The notes: generated from the sequence alone by a model not told the origin. DNA of 64,000 bases from a virus (IMGVR_UViG_3300022752_000025:1-64000), one strand, 5' to 3'; shown: positions 10,031-21,617, counted from the stretch's first letter. A program made the numbers and translations.

Positions 10031-10489
10031 TTAATTTACGTATTCTGCTGTAGCGTCTTTACATCCAGCCGCGATAGCATTAAGAACTTTTACAGCAAGA
10101 GCAGCGTCTCCATTAATTTTAGCGAATTGTGCGGCATAAATATCTTTAACTGCTACAATATATTTTGCCCAATGAGTTTTTTCTGCTGGAAGATAATCTG
10201 TAAGAGCTTTTTGTAATTGATCTGGAGTTGGAGTTTGACCAATAGTAAGAGCTTCTACTATAGTAGAGATATGGTTTATCATTTTAGCTTTTTCAACTCG
10301 ATCTTCTGGAGAGATCGCCTGTTCAAGAACTACTGTACAAGCAAGAATAACTGCTGGTTTAATATAAGGGAGAGCATTCTCTACCGCAGTTGTGCCGCCG
10401 ACTTGATTATCTCCTCCGGTATTTGTTGTAGAACAGCCAGTAATAAAAATACCCATAAGGGCAATTGCGATTAAATTTAATTTATTCAT
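10031..10489 (-). CDS. Lipoprotein
   Basis: Lipobox ITGC. Confidence 0.7.
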   Translation of the reverse strand: MNKLNLIAIALMGIFITGCSTTNTGGDNQVGGTTAVENALPYIKPAVILACTVVLEQAISPEDRVEKAKMINHISTIVEALTIGQTPTPDQLQKALTDYLPAEKTHWAKYIVAVKDIYAAQFAKINGDAALAVKVLNAIAAGCKDATAEYVN

Positions 10490-10785
10490 ATATTTTCTCC
10501 ATTATTAATTCCTTTACTTACTCTCTTTTTTGCTTCGATTGTTTGTGCGACTTTGCCTCCAGTTACTTTTGCGTCTTTAACAGTAAGAGCAAAAATAATT
10601 CCACCGACAACGGCAATAAGTTTTGAAATTCCAAGAACATAAGCTTCTACTCCATCCGGAAGAAATGCTACTAATGAATTATCACTATGAATTGCAACTG
10701 CTGTGGCTACTGCTACAACTGTTAATATTCCAGATGTACTAGATCTCCAATTTGGGCCAAAAATAGTATTTAACATATTTTTCAT
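10486..10785 (-). CDS. Holin candidate
   Basis: 99 aa, NWRSSTSG followed by two TM segments and a basic C-tail; lysis-cluster context. Confidence 0.55.
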   Translation of the reverse strand: MKNMLNTIFGPNWRSSTSGILTVVAVATAVAIHSDNSLVAFLPDGVEAYVLGISKLIAVVGGIIFALTVKDAKVTGGKVAQTIEAKKRVSKGINNGENI

Positions 10786-10832
10786 AATATATTACACTAT
10801 ATTATATATATAAATAATATTAATATCTAATT

Positions 10833-11603
10833 TTAATATTCTAAACAAACTAATGGTCCAAGAAGAGTAGAGCTACTCGTCCAAAACCCCGTGCGAATAC
10901 TTGAATACAAATTAATTCCTGTATCGTATAAATGAACTGTTGTAGAGCTTGCGGTTACGCCTCCAATTATATTAACTCCTGTATTTTCTCCATAAACCGA
11001 TCTTGAATGATTTGTATTTAATGCTCTAAATGAAGAACTTGATGATCCAGTATAATTCATAGAAGCTATAATATAAGAATTTCCTTTTTCTAACTTATAT
11101 GGTATATCTTTTCTATAAATACCCGTATTAAATTGATCAGTTCGTATATCTCCTGACCAAAATAATTTAGCATTTTCAATGCCATATTTTCCAGAATATA
11201 AACCAATTCTAATGGTATTATCAGATGTCCAGGTCACTAATTCAACGCAAGCTTTAGCATTTGATGTAGTTTTTTTCATTATAAATGGAAAATAATTTAT
11301 ATATCCACTCGCCGAAGCTGTCGAGAAAGTACTTTGAAATGTCTCCGGAAAATATCTTCTTATACCTGTGGCTGGTGGAAAATTATCGTTTAAATTTACG
11401 TCGGTTGTATCATCAAATGTAACTTTTGAACCAGATATATTTATAATTATATTATTTAAATTTATTCCTCCAATACTACTTACATTAAACCCTGTTCCAC
11501 CATTATACATTAAAGTATATGAATTAGATTGAATTACATTTTGAACAAGACCTGTTATTTCTGTTTGATTTAATTGTTTTAATCTTATTAAATTTTCAGC
11601 CAT
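10833..11603 (-). CDS. Hypothetical virion protein
   Basis: ORF track; stop/start overlap with portal. Confidence 0.65.
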   Translation of the reverse strand: MAENLIRLKQLNQTEITGLVQNVIQSNSYTLMYNGGTGFNVSSIGGINLNNIIINISGSKVTFDDTTDVNLNDNFPPATGIRRYFPETFQSTFSTASASGYINYFPFIMKKTTSNAKACVELVTWTSDNTIRIGLYSGKYGIENAKLFWSGDIRTDQFNTGIYRKDIPYKLEKGNSYIIASMNYTGSSSSSFRALNTNHSRSVYGENTGVNIIGGVTASSTTVHLYDTGINLYSSIRTGFWTSSSTLLGPLVCLEY

Positions 11604-13506
11604 TTTTATTATCCTCTTTTCGGCTATGATAAAGAATTCCAGCTATATAACTATCTAATCCGTGTTCGGCAGCTATATCTTGTACATTACCCAGTGTCTC
11701 AAAATTTTTATCTTTTGGATCATTTATATAATTTACTATTTGACTTTCCCAATCTTTTGGATTTTCATTAGCAACAATGATTTTTGTTATTTCAAAAGCT
11801 ATATCTTTCTGTTGTTTAGATAATTTTTTAAGATTATGCTTTTCTCGTAATGATGACTCTACTTTATCTTGTAACTTAGATGCTAGAATAAAATTATCTT
11901 TAATAAAATTAATATCAAATAGTGTCGCCTTTGATTGTTTTCCTTGGCCAATAGGTTTGACATTTTTAGTTGATTGCTGTATACCAGTAGAGCCGCTTGG
12001 TCTTCCTGCTTCTCCCATTTTTGCTCCACCAATTAATGGTTGATATAAACCTTGATCTTTTAATTCTTTAAATTTTTGCTGAGATAACACGGAATCTTCA
12101 TTAGATGGAAGTCTACCGCTTTCGATAGCTTGCAAACCTTCTTCTGGAGTTAGTACTCCTAATTCAACTAGCCTTGTATATACTCTAGAATATTGAATAT
12201 CATCTTTCAAATCTATATCTTCAAAATGAGGGGTAGGATAATTTTTAAAACCAAGTTCTTTGCTAATTCTTCTAATTTCTGGAAATAAGAAGTCATTTAT
12301 AAATGTTTCTCTTGCTTGCTTGAGTCTTTCTATAAAAACTTGCACTTTTATACTTTGATTTGCAAATTTTTCATTACCAATTAAAATATTATTAAGACCA
12401 ATTTGAATATCTCGATCAACTACTTCATATTTTTGTGGGCCAATTAAATTACCAATATCGGGAATAACAAATTGAGCTTTGGTTGTATAGTCTGCGATTA
12501 ATACTCTACCAACGCTTTGGTTTTCAAAAAGCTTTCGCATTGCTTCTAAATTTTTTTGATTAATTCCACCTTTATCTGGATCCGTTCCCATCGTTATTAA
12601 AAGTACTGCTTGCTGCATTGTTCTTGTGACGGCCATATCCATTTTTTTCATTTCTGCTTTCCAATTTATATCATCTAATACTGGATATCCCATTGGAACA
12701 GAGAATGGCTCATAGTCTTGTTTTTTGTAAAATACTGCTGCGAGTCTTTCTCTATCTAATGGCAGAGTAAGAACTCCGACTGTTTTTTGTTGTATTAATT
12801 TTTGCGTTTCTGCTGGAAGACTTTTTAAAACTTCATAGTCTTCATCAGTTTTTGGACTTTTTAATCTTTCCAATTCGTAATCACTAAGTAATTTATAATA
12901 TCTTCCAATAGAAAAATTAATTGTTCCGCCAATTTGAATATCAGCTGGATTTAATATAATATATTTTGATGGAAGATTTACTGACGCTTTTGAAAAAAGG
13001 CCAAATGTTTGAGTTATTTTATTTAAATCATCATCTCTTACTTTTGTATCAAACCTATAAACAAAAACATTTCCACTTCTATAGTATTCACGAAAAAATT
13101 TATCTTGAAAATCAAAAAGGTTTATTTTCTTAAAAAGAGCTGTAAAAAAATCTCTACTTTTTTGACTTCCATCTTTAAAGTAAATATTACTGCAGGAAAA
13201 TTCAGTCATTAAATCTATGGTATTTCTAAATATAGCAAAATTATAATAAGCTTTTTGACATAGAATAACTGCATCTCTGATATTCATATTTGAATTAGAT
13301 TTAATTCCAGAAGAATATCTAAATGGGATTATACCGTCTTCAATATTTTTATATCTATCAGTACGAGTTATAGTAGAGGCCGCATTTCTTCTTGCTCTAT
13401 CTTCAGAAGCTTTAATTTCTTGAGTATAAGATGCCTCAGAAACCATCAATGGTTGGGCTTCTTGATTTTTTTCAATTTTTGATTTATTTTGGTTCTTTTT
13501 AGGCAT
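11596..13506 (-). CDS. Portal protein
   Basis: 636 aa immediately after the terminase; FFREYYRSGNVF portal-like motif. Confidence 0.75.
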   Translation of the reverse strand: MPKKNQNKSKIEKNQEAQPLMVSEASYTQEIKASEDRARRNAASTITRTDRYKNIEDGIIPFRYSSGIKSNSNMNIRDAVILCQKAYYNFAIFRNTIDLMTEFSCSNIYFKDGSQKSRDFFTALFKKINLFDFQDKFFREYYRSGNVFVYRFDTKVRDDDLNKITQTFGLFSKASVNLPSKYIILNPADIQIGGTINFSIGRYYKLLSDYELERLKSPKTDEDYEVLKSLPAETQKLIQQKTVGVLTLPLDRERLAAVFYKKQDYEPFSVPMGYPVLDDINWKAEMKKMDMAVTRTMQQAVLLITMGTDPDKGGINQKNLEAMRKLFENQSVGRVLIADYTTKAQFVIPDIGNLIGPQKYEVVDRDIQIGLNNILIGNEKFANQSIKVQVFIERLKQARETFINDFLFPEIRRISKELGFKNYPTPHFEDIDLKDDIQYSRVYTRLVELGVLTPEEGLQAIESGRLPSNEDSVLSQQKFKELKDQGLYQPLIGGAKMGEAGRPSGSTGIQQSTKNVKPIGQGKQSKATLFDINFIKDNFILASKLQDKVESSLREKHNLKKLSKQQKDIAFEITKIIVANENPKDWESQIVNYINDPKDKNFETLGNVQDIAAEHGLDSYIAGILYHSRKEDNKNG

Positions 13507-13525
13507 TTTACTTAAATATTACACA

Positions 13526-15370
13526 TTATTTGATTAATATAGGAGAAAAAGTCTCCGATGTATTTATATTTTGCGTTGACATCATATCATTATAGCACTT
13601 TATAGCCCAATTTGCTAACATAAATGCAGAATAATTATCTTTTCTAGCTTTATTTGCTGAAACGCTTCTTTTTAAATGCTGTGGCAAGTCAAAGCTTTGT
13701 GTCCCTCTGCTTGTCGCGGAGTGCTCAATCAAAACGCATTGTTTTTTTGTTTGATATATAAAATCGTCTTGATTTTCAATAAAATCTAATAATGTCCAAT
13801 CTTTTTTATCTTCCGTTTTCATAAGGTCAAGCGGTATATTTAAAGAAATTGTTTCATTGAAAAAGTTTTCGTCAGAAGCAGTTCTACTCGCGAACCAAAC
13901 TTTTTTATAATCAATACAGGCTTGAAGATATTCGTTTGATTTACGTATAAAATTAGATGTAAAAACTTGATTAAAAGCAATTTTTTTATCTTCTAAATTA
14001 TATTGGTTTTTAACATTTCTCATCATTATTTCGTAATCTTGACCCTCTAATTCGCTATTCATATCCAAGGTTTTAATATTAATTTTATCTTTTTTAAATA
14101 GCTCAGACTCATTACATGCAGCTAAAAATGTATCGGCTCCAGCATTATCAAGAATCATGAATACAATATTAAAATTAGTTAATATATAATATAAGTAATT
14201 AACATGATTTTTGAGATTTCCTAATCCAGCGTATGTATGAACAAGTATACCTTGTTTTTTTTCTTCATCTAATTCCATTACTGCCATAGCAAAATAATCC
14301 GCGTTTGGACTATCACTCATATTAGGATCAATTCCAATGATATATTTTTTATCTTTATTGCCTTTCATTAATGTGTGTGGGTTTTCTCCAGATTTTAATG
14401 TACAATCTTCCATTTTTTTAGCGTTAAAATAACTATCGCTTCCATCTGTGAATTGAGCGCAATATTCTCTAAGAAATCCACTATGACTTGATCCTCCTGC
14501 TTGAGCTTCCTCAATGATTGTTTTGTCTATCATTTCTTCTGGCAATGCTTCGTAGCTCATTTGACTTACGAAATAAGTGGCTTCTCCCCTTTCTTTACTA
14601 TAAATTTTATCTGACCATTCTATATAAGTTTTATATAAATTTTCAAATGTATAACTCGCTGAAGAAAGTGCTATCATTTTACTACTATTTTCAAATACTG
14701 CCCTATCTTCTTCTTTCATGACCCCTTCGGATATTAATTTATCTTCAAATTCTCTAATTTCCATTCTCTCTTTCATGTTTTGTGGAGCTACCAAAAATGG
14801 CATCAATACATTTTTTATAATCTCTTCTGGCAAAAGCAAAAACTCATCCAATACAAGCACATTAGCTCTGAATCCTCGAATTTTTTCTCCATTAAGAGGA
14901 ATCGCTACAATGCTTCCTCCATTTATTTGCCATTCAAATTGATCATTTCTTTTAGTTTTTGCTCCAAAGCATTGCGCTAATAATTCTGCGCCTTTACTAT
15001 TTACAATTTTCTCTAAATTATTAAAAATAAATCTTGCAGTTCTAAAAGTAGGCCCTGCGATTAAAATTTTTGTATTTGGCTCAAATACGCATTGAAGAAA
15101 ACAAAAAACTGCTGCCATAAATGATTTGCCACAGCCTCTACCAAAAACACACATATTAAAATTTCTATTAAGTAAAGCTTTTAAATGTATTTCTTGATAT
15201 GGAGCAAGCTTTACGCCACTTATTAATTCTGTTGAAAATCCAATATTTGCTCTTAAAAATTTTGCCAAAGAGATTTTAGCTTCTTTATCATTAAGAAATC
15301 CCTTAAGCTGTGATAATTCAGCATTTATATCTTTAACTTCTTTTATATATTTTTCTGGGCAATAAATCAT
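13526..15370 (-). CDS. Terminase large subunit
   Basis: Walker A GRGCGKS, Walker B VLVLDE, REYCA, nuclease IIGIDP and C-terminal KDNYSA. Confidence 0.92.
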   Translation of the reverse strand: MIYCPEKYIKEVKDINAELSQLKGFLNDKEAKISLAKFLRANIGFSTELISGVKLAPYQEIHLKALLNRNFNMCVFGRGCGKSFMAAVFCFLQCVFEPNTKILIAGPTFRTARFIFNNLEKIVNSKGAELLAQCFGAKTKRNDQFEWQINGGSIVAIPLNGEKIRGFRANVLVLDEFLLLPEEIIKNVLMPFLVAPQNMKERMEIREFEDKLISEGVMKEEDRAVFENSSKMIALSSASYTFENLYKTYIEWSDKIYSKERGEATYFVSQMSYEALPEEMIDKTIIEEAQAGGSSHSGFLREYCAQFTDGSDSYFNAKKMEDCTLKSGENPHTLMKGNKDKKYIIGIDPNMSDSPNADYFAMAVMELDEEKKQGILVHTYAGLGNLKNHVNYLYYILTNFNIVFMILDNAGADTFLAACNESELFKKDKINIKTLDMNSELEGQDYEIMMRNVKNQYNLEDKKIAFNQVFTSNFIRKSNEYLQACIDYKKVWFASRTASDENFFNETISLNIPLDLMKTEDKKDWTLLDFIENQDDFIYQTKKQCVLIEHSATSRGTQSFDLPQHLKRSVSANKARKDNYSAFMLANWAIKCYNDMMSTQNINTSETFSPILIK

Positions 15371-16302
15371 AAAATTTTCATATCATATATTAATTGAAGA
15401 TCTACTTTTTTATAAAAACATTTACTTGCAAAAATAGATTCAATTACTCTTGTCATTTCATTTCTGCCATCTACAAATAAAAATTGAAGATTATTATAGT
15501 TTTGCAAAAGATCTCTGACATTATGAAATATATATTCTGGTGTAGCTTTTATTTTTTTACTTATATGCGGAAGATACTGAAAACTTAAAGCATTAGATAA
15601 TTTTTCTTCTACCATTACTATAATATAAGAATTATTATCTTTTGCTTTTTTTATTTCATCATTAAAACGATCAAAATTTTTTACGCTTAAAGTGCTTATA
15701 AAGTCACTTAAACTTTTTCTTTCTATAAAACAACTACAATTATCATTTGAACAAGAATAATCTCCAAAGGGTAATGTTTTTATTTCAAATGGGATATTAA
15801 ACTTAAGCCAACTTTGCTCGCGAGTATCTACGTATATAATATCTTTTTGAGTTAATTTATTTTTGAAATTGTTTCCAGTTAAATTTGGATGAATAAATCT
15901 ATTCTCTAATCCGATTTCAGAACAAACTTCATAATAATCTTTAAATATTTTATTATAAAAAATAATTGAAGGAGACATTATTGTTCTTAATTCTACTTGA
16001 GTTGGAGAGTATTGTAAATTTTTAAGTTGTTTTCTTTTAATTAATAATTGCTTGCAATATTCTTGAGCTTTTTCTATTGGCTGCTCTTTAAGCCATTTTT
16101 TCATATTATTTTTATCATTAAAATCGCTATTTAAATACTGTTCTTTTGTTTTAAAATTAATTAATTCATTTGTAAATAAATCTCTGCGCTCATAATATGT
16201 CTGATAATATTTTACTTTATTTAATCCATATCCTTTTAAAGCGAGATGTAGGCTTTTCTCGTCTTTAAATTCCTTGCCGTCTATTTTGCATACTATGCTC
16301 AT
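15367..16302 (-). CDS. ERCC4/XPF-family nuclease with a degenerate N-terminal Zn-finger
   Basis: VDTREQ...GDY...IERKS..D. Confidence 0.8.
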   Translation of the reverse strand: MSIVCKIDGKEFKDEKSLHLALKGYGLNKVKYYQTYYERRDLFTNELINFKTKEQYLNSDFNDKNNMKKWLKEQPIEKAQEYCKQLLIKRKQLKNLQYSPTQVELRTIMSPSIIFYNKIFKDYYEVCSEIGLENRFIHPNLTGNNFKNKLTQKDIIYVDTREQSWLKFNIPFEIKTLPFGDYSCSNDNCSCFIERKSLSDFISTLSVKNFDRFNDEIKKAKDNNSYIIVMVEEKLSNALSFQYLPHISKKIKATPEYIFHNVRDLLQNYNNLQFLFVDGRNEMTRVIESIFASKCFYKKVDLQLIYDMKIL

Positions 16303-17408
16303 CCATTTAATATCTCATCTTTTGAGATTCCTAAAATTTTAGATTTTATTTCCTCCATGCTAGATAATCGATCTATTTCTTTTTCAATTACCTTTTTTCT
16401 CATTTCTGCCATTTTTAAGAGCTTTGCTCTGCTTTCTTCTTCTTTCCACATTTGGACTAAATTGATAATAGACGCTGTTTCTTTAACTTGTTTGCTTAAT
16501 CTTTCGCTCCTTTTTACCTTTAAATCATTTAAAAGTTTTTGCTGGCGATTTACGCAATCATTGTATTCTTTTCTTGCTGTATTACTAGCTTCGACTAAAG
16601 TCATTGGAATTTTTCCATCTTCTTGTATTGCTAAATCTATTTGATTTTGCAAAATATTAATTGTTTGTTGAATATTTGAAGATATTACAACCTCTGTAGA
16701 AAGAACAATATATTGGTCAACCTCTTCTTGAGTTAAGTCGCCTTTGTCATATGTATATCTTACAAAACTACTTTCAAAAAGTTCCCTATCTCTTTCATCT
16801 TCATATAAATTAATTTGATGACAAAATCTAAAAGTGTTCATGTACCCTATCAATGAATTAATTTCTTGTTTATTTTTATGGGTCAATTTATTTTTATCAA
16901 TTCCATCTAAAATATATTTATTTATTTTTGCTATCATTCTTTCTTCGCTTCTTGGTGGGCGATATTCTTCTGTTGAAGCATTTTCGTTTTCATTATTATT
17001 AAATTTAACATTACTTGGTATATTTTTCATATACTCTAGGACGCTTCTTGTTTCTTGTGAGAGATTTGTTAATTTATCATTTTTAAAAAGTATTCTCGCT
17101 ATTTCTAATCCTGTCATTGTATGGCAATTATTACTAATATACTCCTTTTGATCTAAAGATAATTCTAATAAACCCTTGGCTTGATATTCGTGGCTTTTTT
17201 TAGGCTTTATTTGTCTAGATGCAAGAAAATTTTTGACAGCTTTTCCTTCTTTACTTCTTCCATCCAGATCATCTCTATCAAAAGCTAATTTAACCAATTC
17301 AACTAAAGACGGAGGATTATCTGGACGACTATTCCATTCATTTAATAGTTTTAATTGTTGTTCTTCTGAAAGATCTGGTAAATTATCATTCATATTAATA
17401 TATATCAA
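16299..17408 (-). CDS. Hypothetical helical protein, possible small terminase
   Basis: Position upstream of terL; coiled-coil C-terminus. Confidence 0.45.
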   Translation of the reverse strand: MIYINMNDNLPDLSEEQQLKLLNEWNSRPDNPPSLVELVKLAFDRDDLDGRSKEGKAVKNFLASRQIKPKKSHEYQAKGLLELSLDQKEYISNNCHTMTGLEIARILFKNDKLTNLSQETRSVLEYMKNIPSNVKFNNNENENASTEEYRPPRSEERMIAKINKYILDGIDKNKLTHKNKQEINSLIGYMNTFRFCHQINLYEDERDRELFESSFVRYTYDKGDLTQEEVDQYIVLSTEVVISSNIQQTINILQNQIDLAIQEDGKIPMTLVEASNTARKEYNDCVNRQQKLLNDLKVKRSERLSKQVKETASIINLVQMWKEEESRAKLLKMAEMRKKVIEKEIDRLSSMEEIKSKILGISKDEILNG

Positions 17409-18078
17409 TTTCTCCGTTATATAAATATTTTTTAACTTTAATTATTATAGACTTTTTTAAATTTTTTATTTGTTTATATCCCGCTGTCCTATTTTTTTCT
17501 GTAGTTTTATATCCCATTAATTTTGCAGTTTGCTCCTCATCTTTGCCTTCTATATATAGATATTTATAAACTTTCCATTCGATTGGCCTAAGAGTTTTTT
17601 CCATTTTTAAATGGATGCTTTTTGCTGCGTCTTCTATTCTCATTGAATCAGAAGGCATATCATTTACTTCTTGAGAGTGATTTTCAATACTAACCGTTAA
17701 TTTCGTATCATGGGCATTTTTTTTACTTCTTTCCCAATTTGCATATAGTGGACAAGCATTGCATTGTTTTCCATAAATTGAACAATCTTCTTCATTTTCT
17801 GCTGCGGCACATTTTAAACATGGGCGACTAAAGTTGCTATAATTATTTCTAATAAGATTTTTTATTTGATTGCTTATGATCCTATTTACCCAAGGTGCCA
17901 AAGGCTTTTTTTGATTATAAAGATGCCATTTTTTAAAAATATGTATCCTCAAAATTTGAGAAACATCATTGAAATCCATCCAAGATATAGCTGTTAAATT
18001 CCATTTGGCTCTTCTTTTAGAAATTTCTGTATTTATCTGAGAGATGTTATCTTCAAAAGAAGATTTTTTATGACGCAT
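17395..18078 (-). CDS. Phage sigma70-family (ECF-like) factor with Cys-rich insert
   Basis: Region-2-like D..Q.L.IH..KKW..Y...W..RI..N and region-4-like HTH; CLKC...C...C..C insert. Confidence 0.65.
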   Translation of the reverse strand: MRHKKSSFEDNISQINTEISKRRAKWNLTAISWMDFNDVSQILRIHIFKKWHLYNQKKPLAPWVNRIISNQIKNLIRNNYSNFSRPCLKCAAAENEEDCSIYGKQCNACPLYANWERSKKNAHDTKLTVSIENHSQEVNDMPSDSMRIEDAAKSIHLKMEKTLRPIEWKVYKYLYIEGKDEEQTAKLMGYKTTEKNRTAGYKQIKNLKKSIIIKVKKYLYNGEIDIY

Positions 18079-18508
18079 TTTTTCTTGTTCTTGTTCTTGG
18101 TTTTAGAGCGCCAGCTTCTTTAGAAAATTCTTCTAGAAATTTTTTACGTTCTGCTTTTGAATATTTTAAACTTTTTTTATCTAAATTATTTTTTTCTCTA
18201 GGAACTCTTTCTGATGTTCCAACTATATTTCCTATTTTTTCTCCTCTTTTATATGTCTCTACAATTTCGCAATCTAATTTATTTAAATTTGGAACATGAT
18301 TGATTTCTGTTTCATTATCATAATCGTCATACTCATCATCATCTAGTTGTTTTATTTGTGGCTTTTGAATTACAGTTGATGTGATATTTTTTACTGGTAT
18401 TTTTGATATATTTTTATCAAATGGTAGACCGCACCCTGTGCAAAATTTTGGTTTATTAGATGTATAATTTGTTGGAGCACCACAATCAGAGCAGTATATT
18501 TTTAACAT
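18068..18508 (-). CDS. Zinc-ribbon protein
   Basis: YCSDCG...KFCTGCG. Confidence 0.75.
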   Translation of the reverse strand: MLKIYCSDCGAPTNYTSNKPKFCTGCGLPFDKNISKIPVKNITSTVIQKPQIKQLDDDEYDDYDNETEINHVPNLNKLDCEIVETYKRGEKIGNIVGTSERVPREKNNLDKKSLKYSKAERKKFLEEFSKEAGALKPRTRTRKNAS

Positions 18509-18548
18509 AATATAAATTATATTAAAAATTAATTAAAATTTCAAGTAA

Positions 18549-18818
18549 TTATTTTCCTTTATTACATCCACAACCTGAAGGAGGTGGAGGAGGACCACCA
18601 TTATTTCCATAATATGCGTATGAACAGGGAATAGCTCCTCCTCCAGCTGCAACGCAGTCTTCATATTCCTTCTTAGTTTGTTTCCATTTTTCGCATTCTG
18701 CGTTAGATGCAGTTTTATTTTTTTCATCGGAACTCGTAGATTTTTTAATATTATTATAAATTGAAAGAGCTAATATTCCTACTAATGATGCGGTTCCTAC
18801 TGCAAATGATATTGTCAT
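18549..18818 (-). CDS. Small membrane protein with Cys/Pro-rich tail
   Basis: N-terminal TM; CV..GGG and GPPPPPSGCGC. Confidence 0.6.
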   Translation of the reverse strand: MTISFAVGTASLVGILALSIYNNIKKSTSSDEKNKTASNAECEKWKQTKKEYEDCVAAGGGAIPCSYAYYGNNGGPPPPPSGCGCNKGK

Positions 18819-18830
18819 AAAATTTCTCCC

Positions 18831-21617
18831 TTAAAATTGAATATTATCAAAACTATTAATACCAGAAAATACAAAAGGTAATTTAAAATTACTATTTATA
18901 TTAGAAGTATATATATTTAGATTTCCACTAAATACTGGATTTGTTAGTTCAGAATAATTACCAGTACTTTCTACAGATAAATTTTCTGGAACTATTGAGA
19001 CTGGAAGCCCAAGTGCAAATTGTCCCCCAGTTATACCAACGTATAGTGGAATACTATCTGAAATTGTACTTGGTACATTAAATATAATTGTATTTATTCT
19101 ATTCCCACTTATTATATTATAAAATCTTGCTGCGCCATTAAAAGAATATAAATTAGAATTATTATATATTGGTTGCCCAGTCCAAAAAGCTAAACCTAAA
19201 TTATTTATAATATTATCATTTAAATTAGTTGCATTAACAAATGCGTAAGATTTATTTTTTTCTAATTTTAAATCTTTCATTAATTTATAATTTATATTAT
19301 CTGAGGTATACATTGGTTGATCTGAGGAAATTGAATAACCAGTTGCTACATATCGCTCTGTTACTTTCCACCAAGGATAATAATTAATTCTTTCTGTTGC
19401 TCTTATTTTACTAAATAATGGAGTTCTTCTTGCGTTAAAATTATAAGTTATAAAATTATATTCTTTAACTTGACCAGTTAAATTAACTCCTGTTGTAAGA
19501 AATGGTATTTTTTCTGTACCGCCCAATATATTAAAATATCCGCTAAATTGAGCTCCTGCATTCCAATAAATTTTATCTGCAGTATTTAAATTTGGATTGA
19601 ATTCTGTTAATCTATAATTATTTAAAACTTTTTTATTGTATTCTGGTTCAAAAACTCGAACTTGATCTGCTTTTATTTCAAATGAATTTGAATTTCCAGA
19701 ATTTATTTGTAAAAATCTATATCTTTTACCTCTAAGTAAATTAAGGATTCCAGTAGAACTATTGAATTTAATATTTCCATTTTCAAATTTAACTGTAAAA
19801 TTTGCTCCACTAATATTTGGTTTTGGTGGTAACATTACTGATGTATCTATTACAAATCTTAAATCTTGTTGGATTGCTCCAGAAATTGGATTAAATTTTT
19901 TATCTGTAAAAAATCCACTAAAACCAGAAATCCATCTAAATATTTGGGTAGATGAATTTAAATTTTGAATCCAAGGAACGTCACTACTAACTGAGTAATA
20001 TGTTTCTCCTTGTTTTAATGGGTAAATTGTTTTTAAATCTTTAAATATTCCAGTATTAGAATATTCTGCAATTTTATTTATTTTTTTATTTAAATCATTT
20101 TTAATAGAATCTGATTCTAATATACCACCAGTAGCATACAAAGTAAGTCCAAAGAATTTATTATTTTTATTTATAATTCCAGAATTATAAAATTTAACTA
20201 TTTCATTTTTAAGAGAATATGGCTTATAACTTCCACTTATATTTGTTTCATAAAAATAATCATCAGAAAAAATTTCTGCATTATTGAAATTTATATTTAA
20301 ATTTAATGGAATTGAAAATCTTTGACTTTTAAATCCAGTAAAATTCGACCCTAGTATTTCGCCAGTAGCTCTATAGATATAAATATTTTCATTTCTTGAA
20401 ATTAAATTAGAATTAATATTTCCAGTTAAATTTTTTGTATCAATTTTAATTTGAAAATATAAAACTGAATCCTTACCAAGAGAAAATAAATTAATATTTT
20501 GACCAGAAAAAATACTATTTTGTTCAGATGTCCATTTATAATCAAAATTATAAGAAGGAATATCTGGTATTATTTCCATAATTCCTGTATCTGATCCGCC
20601 AAAATAAAACTTTTGTGTAATTGTTCCAGTATTATAAACATAAAAATCTTTAATAAAAAATTGAGGATAAGTTCCAGAGCATTTAATATTAAATCCAGAA
20701 TTGATATTATATAAGCTACCAGTTAAATTCGTGGCGTATAACTCTCCCCAACCTAAAGTATTTGGAGTATTAGTTAAAGTTGGAGTATATTGTACATTTA
20801 AATTACCAGTATAAAAGAATACATTATATCTTGTTTGATTTGGTTGTTCATTTATTTTTCCTAAAATTTTTCCTGCAGATGTTATATTTTTTCTTTTATT
20901 ATATTGATTTTTATCTGGTATTAATAAAATACGATAATTATAATTATTAACATTTTCTCTATTTAATCCAGAAAGAAAGAATATTTTATTATAACCAATT
21001 CTTTCTCCAGTAGCATAACCCAAAGTTTGTCCTGTCAAAATTCCGTATTCAAATAATTCTTGCTGAGAATAAGCTATGTTTGCTCCCATATCTCCAATTT
21101 GTACTCCACTGTGATCAAAAATTTCATTTAAATTTTTATATGGGAATGGTCTTGCTTCTCCTCCTGAAGCAAATGTGTTTGCGTTGATAAATCCACCTAT
21201 AACATAATTTGATGAGTCAATTTTTGTATTATATCCAGACCAAATTTCATCTATATATAAACCGGTAGATTTTGCATTTGTATATGGTAAATTATCCCTA
21301 GAATAATAAATATTATCTGTATAAGAAAAAGAAAAATCTCCATCCGCTAAACCTTTTTGTGAAAACCATCCGTCTCTATACCATTTACCTAAATAATTTT
21401 CTTCTCTTTTTGATTCTATTGTGTTTATATATTTTTGGTTCTTTTTAGATGAACCTTTTGGAATAAAGCCTAAATTACTAGCTTCATTAAATTTTTGTTT
21501 AAAAATTGGTTTTAATAAATTTAAATTTCCATTTTCAATAAAAATCTCATCTTTTAAAGCAATAAAATCATTTATTGCTTCTGCAGAAATATTTCCTGTT
21601 ATTCCAAATCTTTTCAT
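18831..21617 (-). CDS. Large Asn/Ser/Gly-rich virion (tail) protein
   Basis: 928-aa ORF with frequent SG/TG motifs like the other structural genes. Confidence 0.65.
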   Translation of the reverse strand: MKRFGITGNISAEAINDFIALKDEIFIENGNLNLLKPIFKQKFNEASNLGFIPKGSSKKNQKYINTIESKREENYLGKWYRDGWFSQKGLADGDFSFSYTDNIYYSRDNLPYTNAKSTGLYIDEIWSGYNTKIDSSNYVIGGFINANTFASGGEARPFPYKNLNEIFDHSGVQIGDMGANIAYSQQELFEYGILTGQTLGYATGERIGYNKIFFLSGLNRENVNNYNYRILLIPDKNQYNKRKNITSAGKILGKINEQPNQTRYNVFFYTGNLNVQYTPTLTNTPNTLGWGELYATNLTGSLYNINSGFNIKCSGTYPQFFIKDFYVYNTGTITQKFYFGGSDTGIMEIIPDIPSYNFDYKWTSEQNSIFSGQNINLFSLGKDSVLYFQIKIDTKNLTGNINSNLISRNENIYIYRATGEILGSNFTGFKSQRFSIPLNLNINFNNAEIFSDDYFYETNISGSYKPYSLKNEIVKFYNSGIINKNNKFFGLTLYATGGILESDSIKNDLNKKINKIAEYSNTGIFKDLKTIYPLKQGETYYSVSSDVPWIQNLNSSTQIFRWISGFSGFFTDKKFNPISGAIQQDLRFVIDTSVMLPPKPNISGANFTVKFENGNIKFNSSTGILNLLRGKRYRFLQINSGNSNSFEIKADQVRVFEPEYNKKVLNNYRLTEFNPNLNTADKIYWNAGAQFSGYFNILGGTEKIPFLTTGVNLTGQVKEYNFITYNFNARRTPLFSKIRATERINYYPWWKVTERYVATGYSISSDQPMYTSDNINYKLMKDLKLEKNKSYAFVNATNLNDNIINNLGLAFWTGQPIYNNSNLYSFNGAARFYNIISGNRINTIIFNVPSTISDSIPLYVGITGGQFALGLPVSIVPENLSVESTGNYSELTNPVFSGNLNIYTSNINSNFKLPFVFSGINSFDNIQF